Positions 38,501 through 53,500 of a stretch of DNA of 64,000 nucleotides are shown here, one piece after another. Under the pieces are notes generated by a model. The model saw only the letters and a program-made list of their open reading frames with translations, made no database searches and was not told the DNA's origin. This DNA comes from Lytechinus pictus (lineage: Eukaryota). The number at the start of each line of letters is the position of its first letter. Position 1 is the first letter of the stretch. The stretch is taken from assembly GCF_037042905.1 (NCBI RefSeq), contig NC_087250.1, positions 15,316,001-15,380,000 on the forward strand, given 5' to 3'. The translations under genes and the position numbers were made by a program.

Positions 38501-41500
38501 AGAGAGAGAAGGGAGAGAAAGACACAGAGAGAGTGATATGAATAAGCATACAAATATCCCTGACAGTTCATTAACGTAACTCAGTGTAAAGTACATAGCA
38601 GAACGATGTGCATGCATAATACGTTATGCCATAGACATTGTGTACAATTCTGTTGTTGATAATGTGTGCATTCTGAGTAGTATACCATGTGTTCAGATTG
38701 GCTTATCTTGAAATTTTCTGTTGTAACCTATGTCATATTTGGTATCACTGGAAAGAGCATTCAAATGCGGTGACATTGATACCACTTTTATCTGTGCTCA
38801 AGCAATAGACCGGAAGTAAATGCCATATAAAGAAAAACATTAAAAATGAAGGTTTTGCACAATAATTTTAAGCTGACGTCAGATTTTTGTCAGTTTCTGT
38901 TACAAAAGGTTGACGAACGGTTGAAGTATATATCAATACTCATATCTGCCAAGTTAGAAAGGATAAGCTTCAATAATAAGGAAATAAGAGCAAGTTGAAG
39001 TTGTGCTGGCACTATAGTGCATTTTTGCGTATTTTGCTGATTTTCGGGAGCATTTTTCAGATATTTTGTCAGCGGTAAGGTATATATTTTTCTAAATGGC
39101 ATGAAAGAGCATATCTTGAACACCCTAAATCTAAAAAAGGGTACGGGTTTGGCCATGCATGACGAAATGAGGAGCATTCAAAGATAAGCGTTTTTGAAAC
39201 TTTAGAGGGCGCTATTTCAGTAACGGAAATTCAGTGATGCGTGAAAACTAACTCGTAAGTATGATATGGTACCAGTATCAATTCCTAAAAATATGAGCTC
39301 GAAATGAATAAAAACAATAAAGTTATGGCCATTTTACGATTTTTTTACTTTACATTTCAATAAATGTGACGTTTTTGAAGGAAGGCTATTTCGGATTTGA
39401 ATTTAGGGCATGAAGATGGCATTTTGAAGGTCAGGTTATGCGTCGCAGATGATGGAGCAACTCTTTGACTATCTATAGCAGTTTGTTAGAAGTTTGTAGC
39501 ATGCAGGATGCGGGAGTTAGGACGAGATTAGTAATGGTATGCAAATGGACTTGAAATTTACAAAATGGCGCCTAGATGGTCATGCATGAGTGATTTTGGA
39601 AAAAGGAAGACAAGGGGCACAACTAGGGATGCTGGACAACATGTCTACAAAGTTTGGATGAATTTGGATGAGGGACGGAGCCAGGGCAGAGCTAACAAAA
39701 ACCATGTGTTAAACAAATGGGATTTTGTGGAAGAAGAAGAAGAAGAAGAAGAAGAAGAAGACTAGAACTGCAATCGTTTCATTACGATGTGCATGCATTG
39801 ACGTGTCTGATTTAGAGGTCAAGTCCACCTCATAAAAATGTTGATTTGAATCAATAGGGAAAAATCAGACAAGCACAATGCTGAAAATTTCATCAAAATC
39901 GGATGTAAAAAAAGAAAGTAATGACATTTCAAAGTTTCGCTTATTTTTAACAAAAGAGTTATATGAACGAGCCAGTTACATCCAAATGAGAGAGATGATG
40001 ATGTCACTCACTCAAAATGGTGCAGTCACTGTCATGCATGGATGATTTTAGAAAATGAAATAAGAGGTACGCAATAATGCATCATGGACAACATGTCTAC
40101 CAAATCGGAATGAATTTGGATGAGGAGCGGAGGCAGGGGAGGACTAACAAAAATTACATGTTAATCAAAGTGGATTTTGGTACATTGTGCCCTCCATAGG
40201 AAGTTACATTCTCGAGTCAAACAGATTTCGTCCAGTTTTAGACCAAATGGCCGCTCAACAAAGAGAGAGAAGGGAGAGAAAGACACAGAGAGAGTGATAT
40301 GAATAAGCATACAAATTTCCCCGACAGTTCATTAACGTAACTCAGTGTAAAGTACATAGCAGAACGATGTGCATGCATAATACGTTATGCTATAGACATT
40401 GTGTACAATTCTGTTGTTGATAATGCGTGCATTGTGAGCAGTATACCATGTGTTCAGATTGGCTTATCTTGAAATTTTCTGTTGTAACCTAGGTCGTATT
40501 TGGTATCACTGGAAAGAACATTCCAATGCGGTGACATTGATACCACTTTTATGTGTGTGCAAGCAATAGACCGGAAGTAAATGCCATATAAAGAAAGACA
40601 TTAAAAATGACAGTTTTTCACAATAATTTTAAGCTGACGTCAGCTCTATGTCAGTTTCTGTCACAAAAGGTTGACGAACGGTTAAAGTATATATCAATAC
40701 TCATATCTGCCAAGTAAGAAAGGATAAGCTTCAATAATAAGGAAATAAGAGCAAGTTGAAGTTGTGCTGGCATTATAGTGCATTTTTGCGTATTTTGCTG
40801 ATTTTCGGGAGCATTTTTCAGATATTTCGTCAGTGGTAAGGTATATTTTTTTCTGAATGGCATAAAAGGGCATATCTTGAACACCCAAAATCTAAAAAAG
40901 GGTACGGGTTTGGCCATGCATGACGCAATTAGAAGCATTCAAAGGTAAGCGTTTTTTAAACTTTAGAGGGCGCTATTTCAATACCAAAAGATCAATGATG
41001 CGTGAAAACTATGTCGTAAGTATGATATGTTGCCAGTATTAATTCCTGAATATATGAGCTCAAATTGAATAAAAACAAGAAAGTGATGGCCATTTTACGA
41101 TTTTTTTACTTTACATTTCAATAAATATGAAGTTTTTGAAGGAAGGCTATTTCGGATTTGAATTTAGGGCATGAAGATGGCATTTTGAAGGTCAGGTTAT
41201 ACGTCGCAAATGATGGAGCAACTCTTTGACTATCTATAGCAATTTGTTAGAAGTTTGTAGCATGCAGGATGCGGGAGTTAGGACGAGATTAGTAATGGTA
41301 TGCAAATGGACTTGAAATTTACAAAATGGCGCCTTGATGGTCATGCATGAGTGATTTTGGAAAATGGAAGACGAGGTGCACAACTAGGGATGCTGGACAA
41401 CATGTCTACAAAGTTTGGATGAATTTGGATGAGGGACGGAGCCAGGGTAGAGCTAACAAAAACCATGTGTTAAACAAATGGGATTTTGTGGAAGAAGCAG

Positions 41501-44500
41501 AAGAAGAAGAAGAAGACGACGGAATAGGAATACGGAACAAGAACAATGCATTGTCGCCATTGGGCGTCAATGCAAAGAAGACGACGGAATAGGAATACGG
41601 AACAAGAACAATGCATTGTCGCCAGTGGGCGTCAATGCAACTAGAACTGCAATCGTTTCAGAACGATGTGCATGCATTGACGCGTCTGATTGAAAGGTCA
41701 ACTCCACCTCAGAAAAATGTTGATTTGAATCAATAGGGAAAATTCAGACAAGCACAAAGCTGAAAATTTCATCAAAATCGGATGTAAAATAAGAAAGTTA
41801 TGACATTTCAAAGTTTCGGTTATTTTAAACAAAATAGTTATATGAACGAGCCAGTTACATCCAAATGAGAGTGATGATGATGTCACTCACTCAAAATGGC
41901 GCATGCACTGTCATGTATGAATGATTTTAGAAAATGAAATAAGAGGTACACACTAATGCATCATCGACAACATATCTGCCAAATGAATTTGGATGAGGAG
42001 CGGAGGCAGGGGAGGAATTAAAAAAAATTACATGTTAATCAAAGTGGATTTTGGTATATTTTGCCCTCCATAGGAAGTTACATTCTCGAGTCAAACAGAT
42101 TTCGTCCATTTTTAGACCATGGCCGCTCAACAAAGAGAGAGAAGGGAGAGAAAGACACAGAGAGAGTGATATGAATAAGCATACAAATATCCCTGACAGT
42201 TCATAAACGTAACTCAGTGTAAAGTACATAGCAGAACGATGTGCATGCATAATACGTTATGCCATAGACATTATGTACAATTTTATTGTTGATAATATGT
42301 GCATTGTGAGCAGTATACCATGTGTTCAGATTGGCTTATCTTGAAATTTTCTGTTGTAACCTATGTCGTATTTGGTATCGGTGGAAAGAGCATTCCAATG
42401 CGGTGACATTGATACCACTTTTATTTGTGCGCAGGCAATAGACCGGAAGTAAATACCATATAAAGAAAGACATTAGAAATGACAGTTTTTCACAATAATT
42501 TTAAGCTGACGTGAGCTCTATGTCAGTTTCTGTCACAAAAGGTTGACGAACGGTTAAAGTATATATCAATACTCATATCTGCCAAGTTAGAAAGGATAAG
42601 CATCAATAATAAGGAAATAAGAGCAAGTTGAAGTTGTGCTGGCATTATAGTGCATTTTTGCGTATTTTGCTGATTTTCGGGAGCATTTTTCAGATATTTC
42701 GTCAGTGGTAAGGTATATACTTTTCTAAATGGCATGAAAGGGCATATCATGAACACCCTAAATCTAAAAAAGGGTACGGGTTTGGCCATGCATGACGCAA
42801 TGAGGAGCATTCAAACGTAAGCGTTTTTGAAACTTTAGAGGGCGCTATTTCAATACCGGAAGGTCAATGATGCGTGAAAACTAACTCGTAAGTATGATAT
42901 GTTACCTGTAATAATTCCTGAAAATATTAGCTCGAATTGAATAAAAACAAGAAAGTTATGGCCATTTTACGATTTTTTGACTTTACATTTCAATAAATAT
43001 GAAGTTTTTGAAGGAAGGCTATTTCGGATTTGAATTTAGGGCATGAAGATGGCATTTTGAAGGTCAGGTTATACGTCGCAAATGATGGAGCAACTCTTTG
43101 ACTATCTATAGGAATTTGTTAGAAGTTTGTAGCATGCAGGATGCGGGAGTTAGGACGAGATTAGTAATGGTATGCAAATGGACTTGAAATTTACAAAATG
43201 GCGCCTTGATGGTCATGCATGAGTGATTTTGGAAAATGGAAGACAAGGTGCACAACTAGGGATGCTGGACAACATGTCTACAAAGTTTGGATGAATTTGG
43301 ATGAGGGACGGAGCCAGGGTAGAGCTAACAAAAACCATGTGTTAAACAAATGGGATTTTGTGGAAGAAGCAGAAGAAGAAGAAGAAGACGACGGAATAGG
43401 AATACGGAACAAGAACAATGCATTGTCGCCATTGGGCGTCAATGCAAAGAAGACGACGGAATAGGAATACGGAACAAGAACAATGCATTGTCGCCATTGG
43501 GCGTCAATGCAACTAGAACTGCAATCGTTTCATTACGATGTGCATGCATTGACGTGTCTGATTTAGAGGTCAAGTCCACCTCATAAAAATGTTGATTTGA
43601 ATCAATAGGGAAAAATCAGAGAAGCACAATGCTGAAAATTTCATCAAAATCGGATGTAAAAAAAGAAAGTTATGACATTTCAAAGTTTCGCTTATTTTTA
43701 ACAAAAGAGTTATATGAACGAGCCAGTTACATCCAAATGAGAGAGATGATGATGTCACTCACTCAAAATGGTGCATGCACTGTCATGCATGAATGAGTTT
43801 AGAAAATGAAATATAAGGTACACAATAATGCATCATGGATAACATGTCTACCAAATCGGAATGAATTTGGATGAGGAGCGGAGGCAGGGGAGGACTAACA
43901 AAAATTACATGTTAATCAAAGTGGATTTTGGTACATTTTGCCCTCCATAGGAAGTTACATTCTCAAGTCAAAAGGATTTCGTCCATTGGGCCATTTTTAG
44001 ACCATATGGCCGCTCAAAAAAAAGAGAGAGAACAGTTCATTAACGTAACTCAGTGTAAAGTACATAGCAGAACGATGTGCATGCATAATACGTTATGCCA
44101 TAGACATTGTGTACAATTCTGTTGTTGATAATGCGTGCATTGTGAGTAGTATACCATGTGTTCAGATTGGCTTATCTTGAAATTTTCTGTTGTAACCTAT
44201 GTCGTATTTGGTATCACTGGATAGGGCATTCCAATGCGGTGACATTGATACCACTTTTTTTTGTGCGCAAGCAATAGACCGGAAGTAAATGCCATATAAA
44301 GAAAGACATTAAAAATGACAGTTTTGCACAATAATTTTGAGCTTACGTCAGCTCTATGTCAGTTTCTGTCACAAAAGGTTGACGAACGGTTGAAGTATAT
44401 ATCAATACTCATATCTGCCAAGTTAGAAAGGATAAACTTCAATAATAAGGAAATAAGAGCAAGTTGAAGTTGTGCTGGCATTATAGTGCATTTTTGCGAA

Positions 44501-47500
44501 TTTTGCTGATTTTCGGGAGCATTTTTCAGATATTTCGTCAGCTGTAAGGTATATTTTTTTCTAAATGGCATGAAAGGGCATATCTTGAACACCCTAAATC
44601 TAAAAAAGGGTACGGGTTTGGCCATGCATGACGCAATGAGGAGCATTCAAAGATAAGCGTTTTTGAAACTTTAGAGGGCGCTATTTCAGTAACGGAAATT
44701 CAGTGATGCGTGAAAAATGATTCCTATGTATGATATGGTACCAGTATCAATTCCTGAAAATATGAGCTCAAAATGAATAATAACAAGAAAGTTATGGCCA
44801 TTTTACGATTTTTTGACTTTACATTTCAATAAATATGACGTTTTTGAAGGAAGGCTATTTCGGATTTGAATTTAGGGCATGAAGATGGCATTTTGAAGGT
44901 CAGGTTATACGTCGCAAATGATGGAACAACTCTTTGACTATCTATAGCAATTTGTTAGAAGTCTGTAGAATGCAGGATGCGGGAGTTAGGACGAGATTAG
45001 TAATGGTATGCAAATGGACTTGAAATTTACAAAATGGCGCCTAGATGGTCATGCATGAGTGATTTTGAAGAAAGGAAGACGAGGGGCACAACTAGGGATG
45101 CTGGACAACATGTCTACCAAGTTTGGATGAATTTGGATGAGGGACGGAGCCAGGGCAGAGCTAACAAACACCATGTGTTAAACAAATGGGATTTTGTGGA
45201 AGAAGCAGAAGAAGAAGAAGAAGACTAGAACTGCAATCGTTTCAGAACGATGTGCATGCATTGACGCGTCTGATTGAGAGGTCAAGTCCACCTCAGAAAA
45301 ATGTTGATTCGAATCAATAGGGAAAAATCAGACAAGCACAATGCTGAAAATTTCATCAAAATCGGATGTAAAATAAGAAAGTTATGATATTTCAAAGTTT
45401 CGCTTATTTTTAACAAAATAGTTATATGAACGAGCCAGTTACATCCAAATGAGAGAGATGATGATGTCACTCACTCAAAATGGCGCATGTACTGTCATGC
45501 ATGAATGATTTTAGTAAATGAAATAAGAGCTACACAATAATGCATCATGGACAACATGTCTACCAAATCGGAATGAATTTGGATGAGGAGCGGAGGCAGG
45601 GGAGGACTAACAAAAATTACATGTTAATCAAAGTGGATTTTGGTACATTTTGCCCTCCATAGGAAGTTACATTCTCAAGTCAAAAGGATTTCGTCCATTG
45701 GGCCATTTTTAGACCATATGGCCGCTCAAAAAAAAGAGAGAGAAGGGAGAGAAAGACACAGAGAGTAATATGAATGAGCATACACATTTCCCTGACAGTT
45801 CATTAACGTAACTCAGTGTAAAGTACATAGCAGAACGATGTGCATGCATAATACGTTATGCCATAGACATTGTGTACAATTCTGTTGTTGATAATGTGTG
45901 CAATGTGAGTAGTATACCATGTGTTCAGATTGGCTTATCTTGAAATTTTCTGTTGTAACCTATGTCGTATTTGGTATCACTGGATAGGGCATTCCAATGC
46001 GGTGACATTGATACCACTTTTATTTTTGTGCAAGCAATAGACCGGAAGTAAATGCCATATAAAGAAAGACATTAAAAATGACAGTTTTGCACAATAATTT
46101 TGAGCTGACGTCAGCTCTATGTCAGTTTCTGTCACAAAAGGTTAACGAACGGTTGAAGTGTATATCAATACTCATATCTGCCAAGTTAGAAAGGATAAAC
46201 TTCAATAATAAGGAAATAAGAGCAAGTTGAAGTTGTGCTGGCATTATAGTGCATTTTTGCGTATTTTGCTGATTTTCGGGAGCATTTTTCAGATATTTCG
46301 TCAGTGGTAAGGTATATTTTTTTCTAAATGGCATGAAAGGGCATATCTTGAACACTCTTAATCTAAAAAAGGGTACGGGTTTGGCCATGCATGACGCAAT
46401 GAGGAGCATTCAAAGATAAGCGTTTTTGAAACTTTAGAGGGCGCTATTTCAGTAACGGAAATTTAGTGATGCGTGAAAACTCATTCCTATGTGTGATATG
46501 GTACCAGTATAAATTCCTGAAAATATGAGCTCGAAATGAATAAAAACAAGAAAGTTATGGCCATTTTACGATTTTTTGACTTTACATTTCAATAAATATG
46601 AAGTTTTTGAAGGAAGGCTATTTCGGATTTGAATTTAGGGCATGAAGATGGCATTTTGAAGGTCAGGTTATACGTCGCAGATGATGAAGCAACTCTTTGA
46701 CTATCTATAGCAATTTGTTAGAAGTCTGTAGAATGCAGGATGCGGGAGTTAGGACGAGATTAGTAATGGTATGCAAATGGACTTGAAATTTACAAAATGG
46801 CGCCTGGATGGTCATGCATGAGTGATTTTGAAAAAAGAAAGACGAGGGGCACAACTAGGGATGCTGGACAACATGTCTAAAAAGTTTGGATGAATTTGGA
46901 TGAGGGACGGAGCCAGGGTAGAGCTAACAAAAACCATGTGTTAAACAAATGGGATTTTGTGGAAGAAGCAGAAGAAGAAGACTAGAACTGCAATCGTTTC
47001 AGAACGATGTGCATGCATTGACGCGTCTGATTGAAAGGTCAACTCCACCTCAGAAAAATGTTGATTGGAATCAATAGGGAAAATTTAGACAAGCACAAAG
47101 CTGAAAATTTCATCAAAATCGGATGTAAAATAAGAAAGTTATGACATTTCAAAGTTTCGCTTATTTTAAACAAAATAGTTATATGAACGAGCCAGTTACA
47201 TCCAAATGAGAGTGATGATGATGTCACTCACTCAAAATGGCGCATGCATTGTCATGTATGAATGATTTTAGAAAATGAAATAAGAGGTACACACTAATGC
47301 ATCATCGACAACATATCTGCCAAATGAATTTGGATGAGGAGCGGAGGCAGGGGAGGAATTAAAAAAAATTACATGTTAATCAAAGTGGATTTAGGACATT
47401 ATGCCCTCCATAGGAAGTTGCATTCTCGAGTCAAACAGATTTCGTCCATTTTTTGACCATGGCCGCTCAACAAAGAGAGAGAAGGGAGAGAAAGACACAG

Positions 47501-50500
47501 AGAGAGTGATATGAATAAGCATACAAATATCCCTGACAGTTCATAAACGTAACTCAGTGTAAAGTACATAGCAGATCGGTGTGCATGCATAATACGTTAT
47601 GCCATAGACATTATGTACAATTTTATTGTTGATAATATGTGCATTGTGAGCAGTATACCATGTGTTCAGATTGGCTTATCTTGAAATTTTCTGTTGTAAC
47701 CTATGTCGTATTTGGTATTGGTGGAAAGAGCATTCCAATGCGGTGACATTGATACCACTTTTATTTGTGCGCAGGCAATAGACCGGAAGTAAATGCCATA
47801 TAAAGAAAGACATTAAAAATGACAGTTTTTCACAATAATTTTAAGCTGACGTGAGCTCTATGTCAGTTTCTGTCACAAAAGGTTGACGAACGGTTAAAGT
47901 ATATATCAATACTCATATCTGCCAAGTTAGAAAGGATAAGCATCAATAATAAGGAAATAAGAGCAAGTTGAAGTTGTGCTGGCATTATAGTGCATTTTTT
48001 CGTATTTTGCTGATTTTCGGGAGCATTTTCAGATATTTCGTCAGTGGTAAGGTATATATTTTTCTAAATGGCATGAAAGGGCATATCTTGAACACCCTAA
48101 ATCTAAAAAAGGGTACGGGTTTGGCCATGCATGACGCAATGAGGAGCATTCAAACGTAAGCGTTTTTGAAACTTTAGAGGGCGCTTTTTCAATACCGGAA
48201 GGTCAATGATGCGTGAAAACTAACTCGTAAGTATGATATGTTGCCTGTAATAATTCCTGAAAATATTAGCTCAAATTGAATAAAAACAAGAAAGTTATGG
48301 CCATTTTAGGATTTTTTTACTTTACATTTCAATAAATATGAAGTTTTTGAAGGAAGGCTATTTCGGATTTGAATTTAGGGCATGAAGATGGCATTTTCAA
48401 GGTCAAGTTATACGTCGCAAATGATGGAGCAACTCTTTGACTATCTATAGCAATTTGTTAGAAGTTTGTAGCATGCAGGATGCGGGAGTTAGGACGAGAT
48501 TAGTAATGGTATGCAAATGGACTTGAAATTTACAAAATGGCGCCTTGATGGTCATGCATGAGTGATTTTGGAAAATGGAAGACGAGGTGCACAACTAGGG
48601 ATGCTGGACAACATGTCTAGAAAGTTTGGATGAATTTGGATGAGGGACGGAGCCAGGGTAGAGCTAACAAAAACCATGTGTTAAACAAATGGGATTTTGT
48701 GGAAGAAGCAGAAGAAGAAGAAGACTAGAACTGCAATCGTTTCAGAACGATGTGCATGCATTGACGCGTCTGATTGAAAGGTCAAGTCCACCTTAGAAAA
48801 ATGTTGATTTGAATCAATAGGAAAAAATCAGACAAGCACAATGCTGAAAATTTCATCAAAATCGGATGTAAAATAAGAAAGTTATGACATTTCAAAGTTT
48901 CGCTTATTTTTAACAAAAGAGTTTTTATGAACGAGCCAGTTACATCCAAATGAGAGAGATGATGATGTCACTCATTCAAAATGGTGCATGCACTGTCATG
49001 CATGAATGATTTTAGAAAATCAAATTAGAGGTACACAATAATGCATCATGGACAACATGTCTACCAAATCGGAATGAATTTGGATGAGGAGCGGAGGCAG
49101 GGGAGGACTAACAAAAATTACATGTTAATCAAAGTGGATTTTGGTACATTTTGCCCTTCATAGGAAGTTACATTCTCGAGTCAAACAGATTTCGTCCATT
49201 TTTAGACCATATGGCTGCTCAACAAAGAGAGAGAAGGGAGAAAAAGACACAGAGAGTGATATGAATAAGCATACAAATTTCCCTGACAGTTCATTAACGT
49301 AACTCAGTGTAAAGTACATAGCAGAACGATGTGCATGCATAATACGTTATGCCATAGACATTGTGTACAATTCTGTTGTTGATAATGTGTGCATTTTGAG
49401 TAGTATACCATGTGTTCAGATTGGCTTATCTTGAAATTTTCTGTTGTAACCTATGTCGTATTTGGTATCACTGGATAGAGCATTCCAGTGCAGTGACATT
49501 GATACCACTTTTAATTGTGCGCAAGCAATAGACCGGAAGTAAATGCCATATAAAGAAAGACATTAAAAATGACAGTTTTTCACAATAATTTTAAGCTGAC
49601 GTCAGCTCTATGTCAGTTTCTGTCCCAAAAGGTTGACGAACGGTTATAGTATATATCAATACTCATATCTGCCAAGTTAGAAAGGATAAGCTTCTATAAT
49701 AAGGAAATAAGAGCAAGTTGAAGTTGTGCTGGCATTATAGTGCATTTTTGCGTATTTTGCTGATTTTCGGGAGCATTTTTCAGATATTTCGTCAGTGGTA
49801 AGGTATATATTTTTCTAAATGGCATGAAAGGGCATATCTTGAACACCCTAAATCTAAAAAAGGGTACGGGTTTGGCCATGCATGACGCAATGAGGAGCAT
49901 TCAAAGGTAAGCCTTTTTTAAACTTTAGAGGGCGCTATTTCAATACCGGAAGATCAATGATGCGTGAAAACTATGTCGTAAGTATGATATCTTGCCAGTA
50001 TTGATTCCTAAGAATATGAGCTCAAATTAAATAAAAACCAGAAAGTTATGGCCATTATACGATTTTTTAACTTTACATTTCAATAAATATGACGTTTTTG
50101 AAGGAAGGCTATTTCGGATTTGAATTTAGGGCATGAAGATGGCCTTTTGAAGGTCAGGTTATACGTCGCAGATGATGGAGCAACTCTTTGACTATCTATA
50201 GCAATTTGTTAGAAGTCTGTAGAATGCAGGATGCGGGAGTTAGGACGAGATTAGTAATGGTATGCAAATGGACTTGAAATTTACAAAATGGCGCCTAGAT
50301 GGTCATGCATGAGTGATTTTGATAAAAAGGAAGACGAGGGGCACAACTAGGGATGCTGGACAACATGTCTACCAAGTTTGGATGAATTTGGATGAGGGAC
50401 GGAGCCAGGGCAGAGCTAACAAACACCATGTGTTAAACAAATGGGATTTTGTGGAAGAAGAAGAAGAAGAAGACTAGAACTGCAATCGTTTCATTACGAT

Positions 50501-53500
50501 GTGCATGCATTGACGTGTCTGATTTAAAGGTCAAGTCCACCTCAGAAAAATGTTGATTTGAATCAATAGGGAAAAATCAGACAAGCACAATGCTGAAAAT
50601 TTCATCAAAATCGGATGTAAAATAAGAAAGTTATTTGCACTCCATAGGAAGCTACAATCTAGAGTCAACCATTTTAGACCACATTGCACCCCATAGGTTA
50701 AGTTCGTTTTTGCGTGAAACCGATCCCATAGACATTGTGTACAATTCTGTTGTTGATAATGTGTGCATTTTGAGCAGTATACCATGTGTTCAGATTGATT
50801 TATCTTGAAATTTTCTGTTGTAACCTATGTCGTATTTGGTATCACTGGAAAGATCATTCCAATGCGGTGACATTGATACCACTTTTATTTGTGCGCAAGC
50901 AATAGACCGGAAGTAAATGCCATATAAAGAAAGACATTAAAAATGACAGTTTTGCACAATAATTTTAACCTGACGTCAGCTCTATGTCAGTTTCTGTCAC
51001 AAAAGGTTGACGAACGGTTAAAGTATATATCAATACTCATATCTGCCAAGTTAGAAAGAATAAGCTTCAATAATAAGGAAATAAGAGCAAGTTGAAGTTG
51101 TGCTGGCATTATAGTGCATTTTTGCGTATTTTGCTGATTTTCGGGAGCATTTTTCAGATATTTCGTCAGCGGTAAGGTATATATTTTTCTAAATGGCATG
51201 AAAGGGCATATCTTGAACACTCTAAATTTAAAAAGGGTACGGGTTTGGCAATGCATGACGCAATGAGGAGCATTCAAAGGTAAGCGTTTTTGAAACTTTA
51301 GAGGGCGCTATTTCAGTAACGGAAAGTCAGTGATGCGTGAAAACTAACTCCTATGTATGATATGGTACTAGTATCAATTCCTGAATATATGGGCTTGAAA
51401 TAAATAAAAACTAGAAAGTTATGGCCATTTTACGATTTTTTGACTTTACATTTCAATAAATATGACGTTTTTTAAGGAAGGCTATTTTGGATTTGAATTT
51501 AAGGCATGAAGATGGCATTTTGAAGGTCAGGTTATACGTCGCAGATGATGGAGCAACCCTTTGACTATCTATAGCAATTTGTTAGAAGTCTGTAGAATGC
51601 AGGATGCGGGAGTTAGGACGAGATTAGTAATGGTATGCAAATGGACTTGAAATTTACAAAATGGCGCCTTGATGGTCATGCATGAGTGATTTTGGAAAAT
51701 GGAAGACGAGGTGCACAACTAGGGATGCTGGACAACATGTCTACAAAGTTTGGATGAATTTGGATGAGGGACGGAGCCAGGGTAGAGCTAACAAAAACCA
51801 TGTGTTAAACAAATGGGATTTTGTGGAAGAAGCAGAAGAAGAAGAAGACTAGAACTGCAATCGTTTTATTACGATGTGCATGCATTGACGCGTCTGATTG
51901 AAAGGTCAAGTCCACCTCAGAAAGATGTTGATTTGAATCAATAGGGAAAAATCAGACAAACACAATGCTGAAAATTTCATTAAAATCGGATGTAAAATAA
52001 GAAAGTTATGACATTTCAAAGTTTCGCTTATTTTTAACAAAAGAGTTATATGAACGAGCCAGTTACATCCAAATGAGAGAGATGATGATGTCACTCACTC
52101 AAAATAGTGCATGCACTGTCATGCATGAATGATTTTAGAAAATGAAATAATAGGTGCACAATAATGCATCATGGACAACATGTCTACCAAATCGGAATGA
52201 ATTTGGATGAGGAGCGGAGGCAGGGGAGGACCAACAAAAATTACATGTTAATCAAAGTGGATTTTGGTACATTTTGCCCTCCATAGGAAGTTACTTACTC
52301 GAGTCAAACAGATTTCGTCCATTTTTAGACCATATGGCCGCTCAACAAAGAGAGAGAAGGGAGAGAAAGACACAGAGAGTGATATGAATAAGCATACAAA
52401 TTTCCCTGACAGTCATTAACGTAACTCGGTGTAAAGTACATAGCAGAACGATGTGCATGCATAATACGTTATGCAATAGACATTGTGTACAATTTTGTTG
52501 TTAAATTTTTGTGGATTGTGAGCAGTATACCATGTGTTCAGATTGGTTTATCTTGAAATTTTCTGTTATAACCTATGTCGTATTTGGTATCAGTGGAAAG
52601 AGCATTCCAATGCGGTGACATTGATACCACTTTTATTTGTGTGCAGGCAATAGACCGGAAGTAAATGCCATATAAAGAAAGACATTAAAAATGACAGTTT
52701 TTCACAATAATGTTAATTTGACGTGAGCTCTATGTCAGTTTCTGTCATAAAAGGTTGACGAACGGTTAAAGTATATATCAATACTCATATCTGCCAAGTT
52801 AGAAAGGATAAGCTTCAATAATAAGGAAATAAGAGCAAGTTGAAGTTGTGCTGGCATTATAGTGCATTTTTGCGTATTTTGCTGATTTTCCGGAGCATTT
52901 TCAGATATTTCGTCAGTGGTAAGGTATATTTTTTTCTAAATGGCATGAAAGGGCATATCTTGAACACCCAAAATCTAAAAAAGGGTACGGGTTTGGCCAT
53001 GCATGACGCAATGAGGAGCATTCAAAGGTAAGCGTTTTTGAAACTTTAGAGGGCGCTATTTCAATACCAGAAGGTCAATGATGCGTGAAAACTGACTCGT
53101 ATGTATGATATGTTGCCAGTATTAATTCCTGAAAATTTGAGCTCGAATTGAATAAAAACTAGAAAGTTATGGCCATTTTACTATTTTTTGACTTTACATT
53201 TCAATAAATATGAAGTTTTTGAAGGAAGGCTATTTTGGATTTGAATTTAGGGCATGAAGATGGTATTTTTAAGGTCAGGTTATACGTCGCAAATGATCGA
53301 GCAACTCTTTGACTATCTATAGCAATTTGTTAGAAGTCTGTGGCATGTAGGATGCCGGAGTTAGGACGAGATTAGTAATGGTATGCAAATGGACTTGAAA
53401 TTTACAAAATGGCGCCTTGATGGTCATGCATGAGTAATTTTGGAAAATGGAAGACGAGGTGCACAACTAGGGATGCTGGACAACATGTCTACAAAGTTTG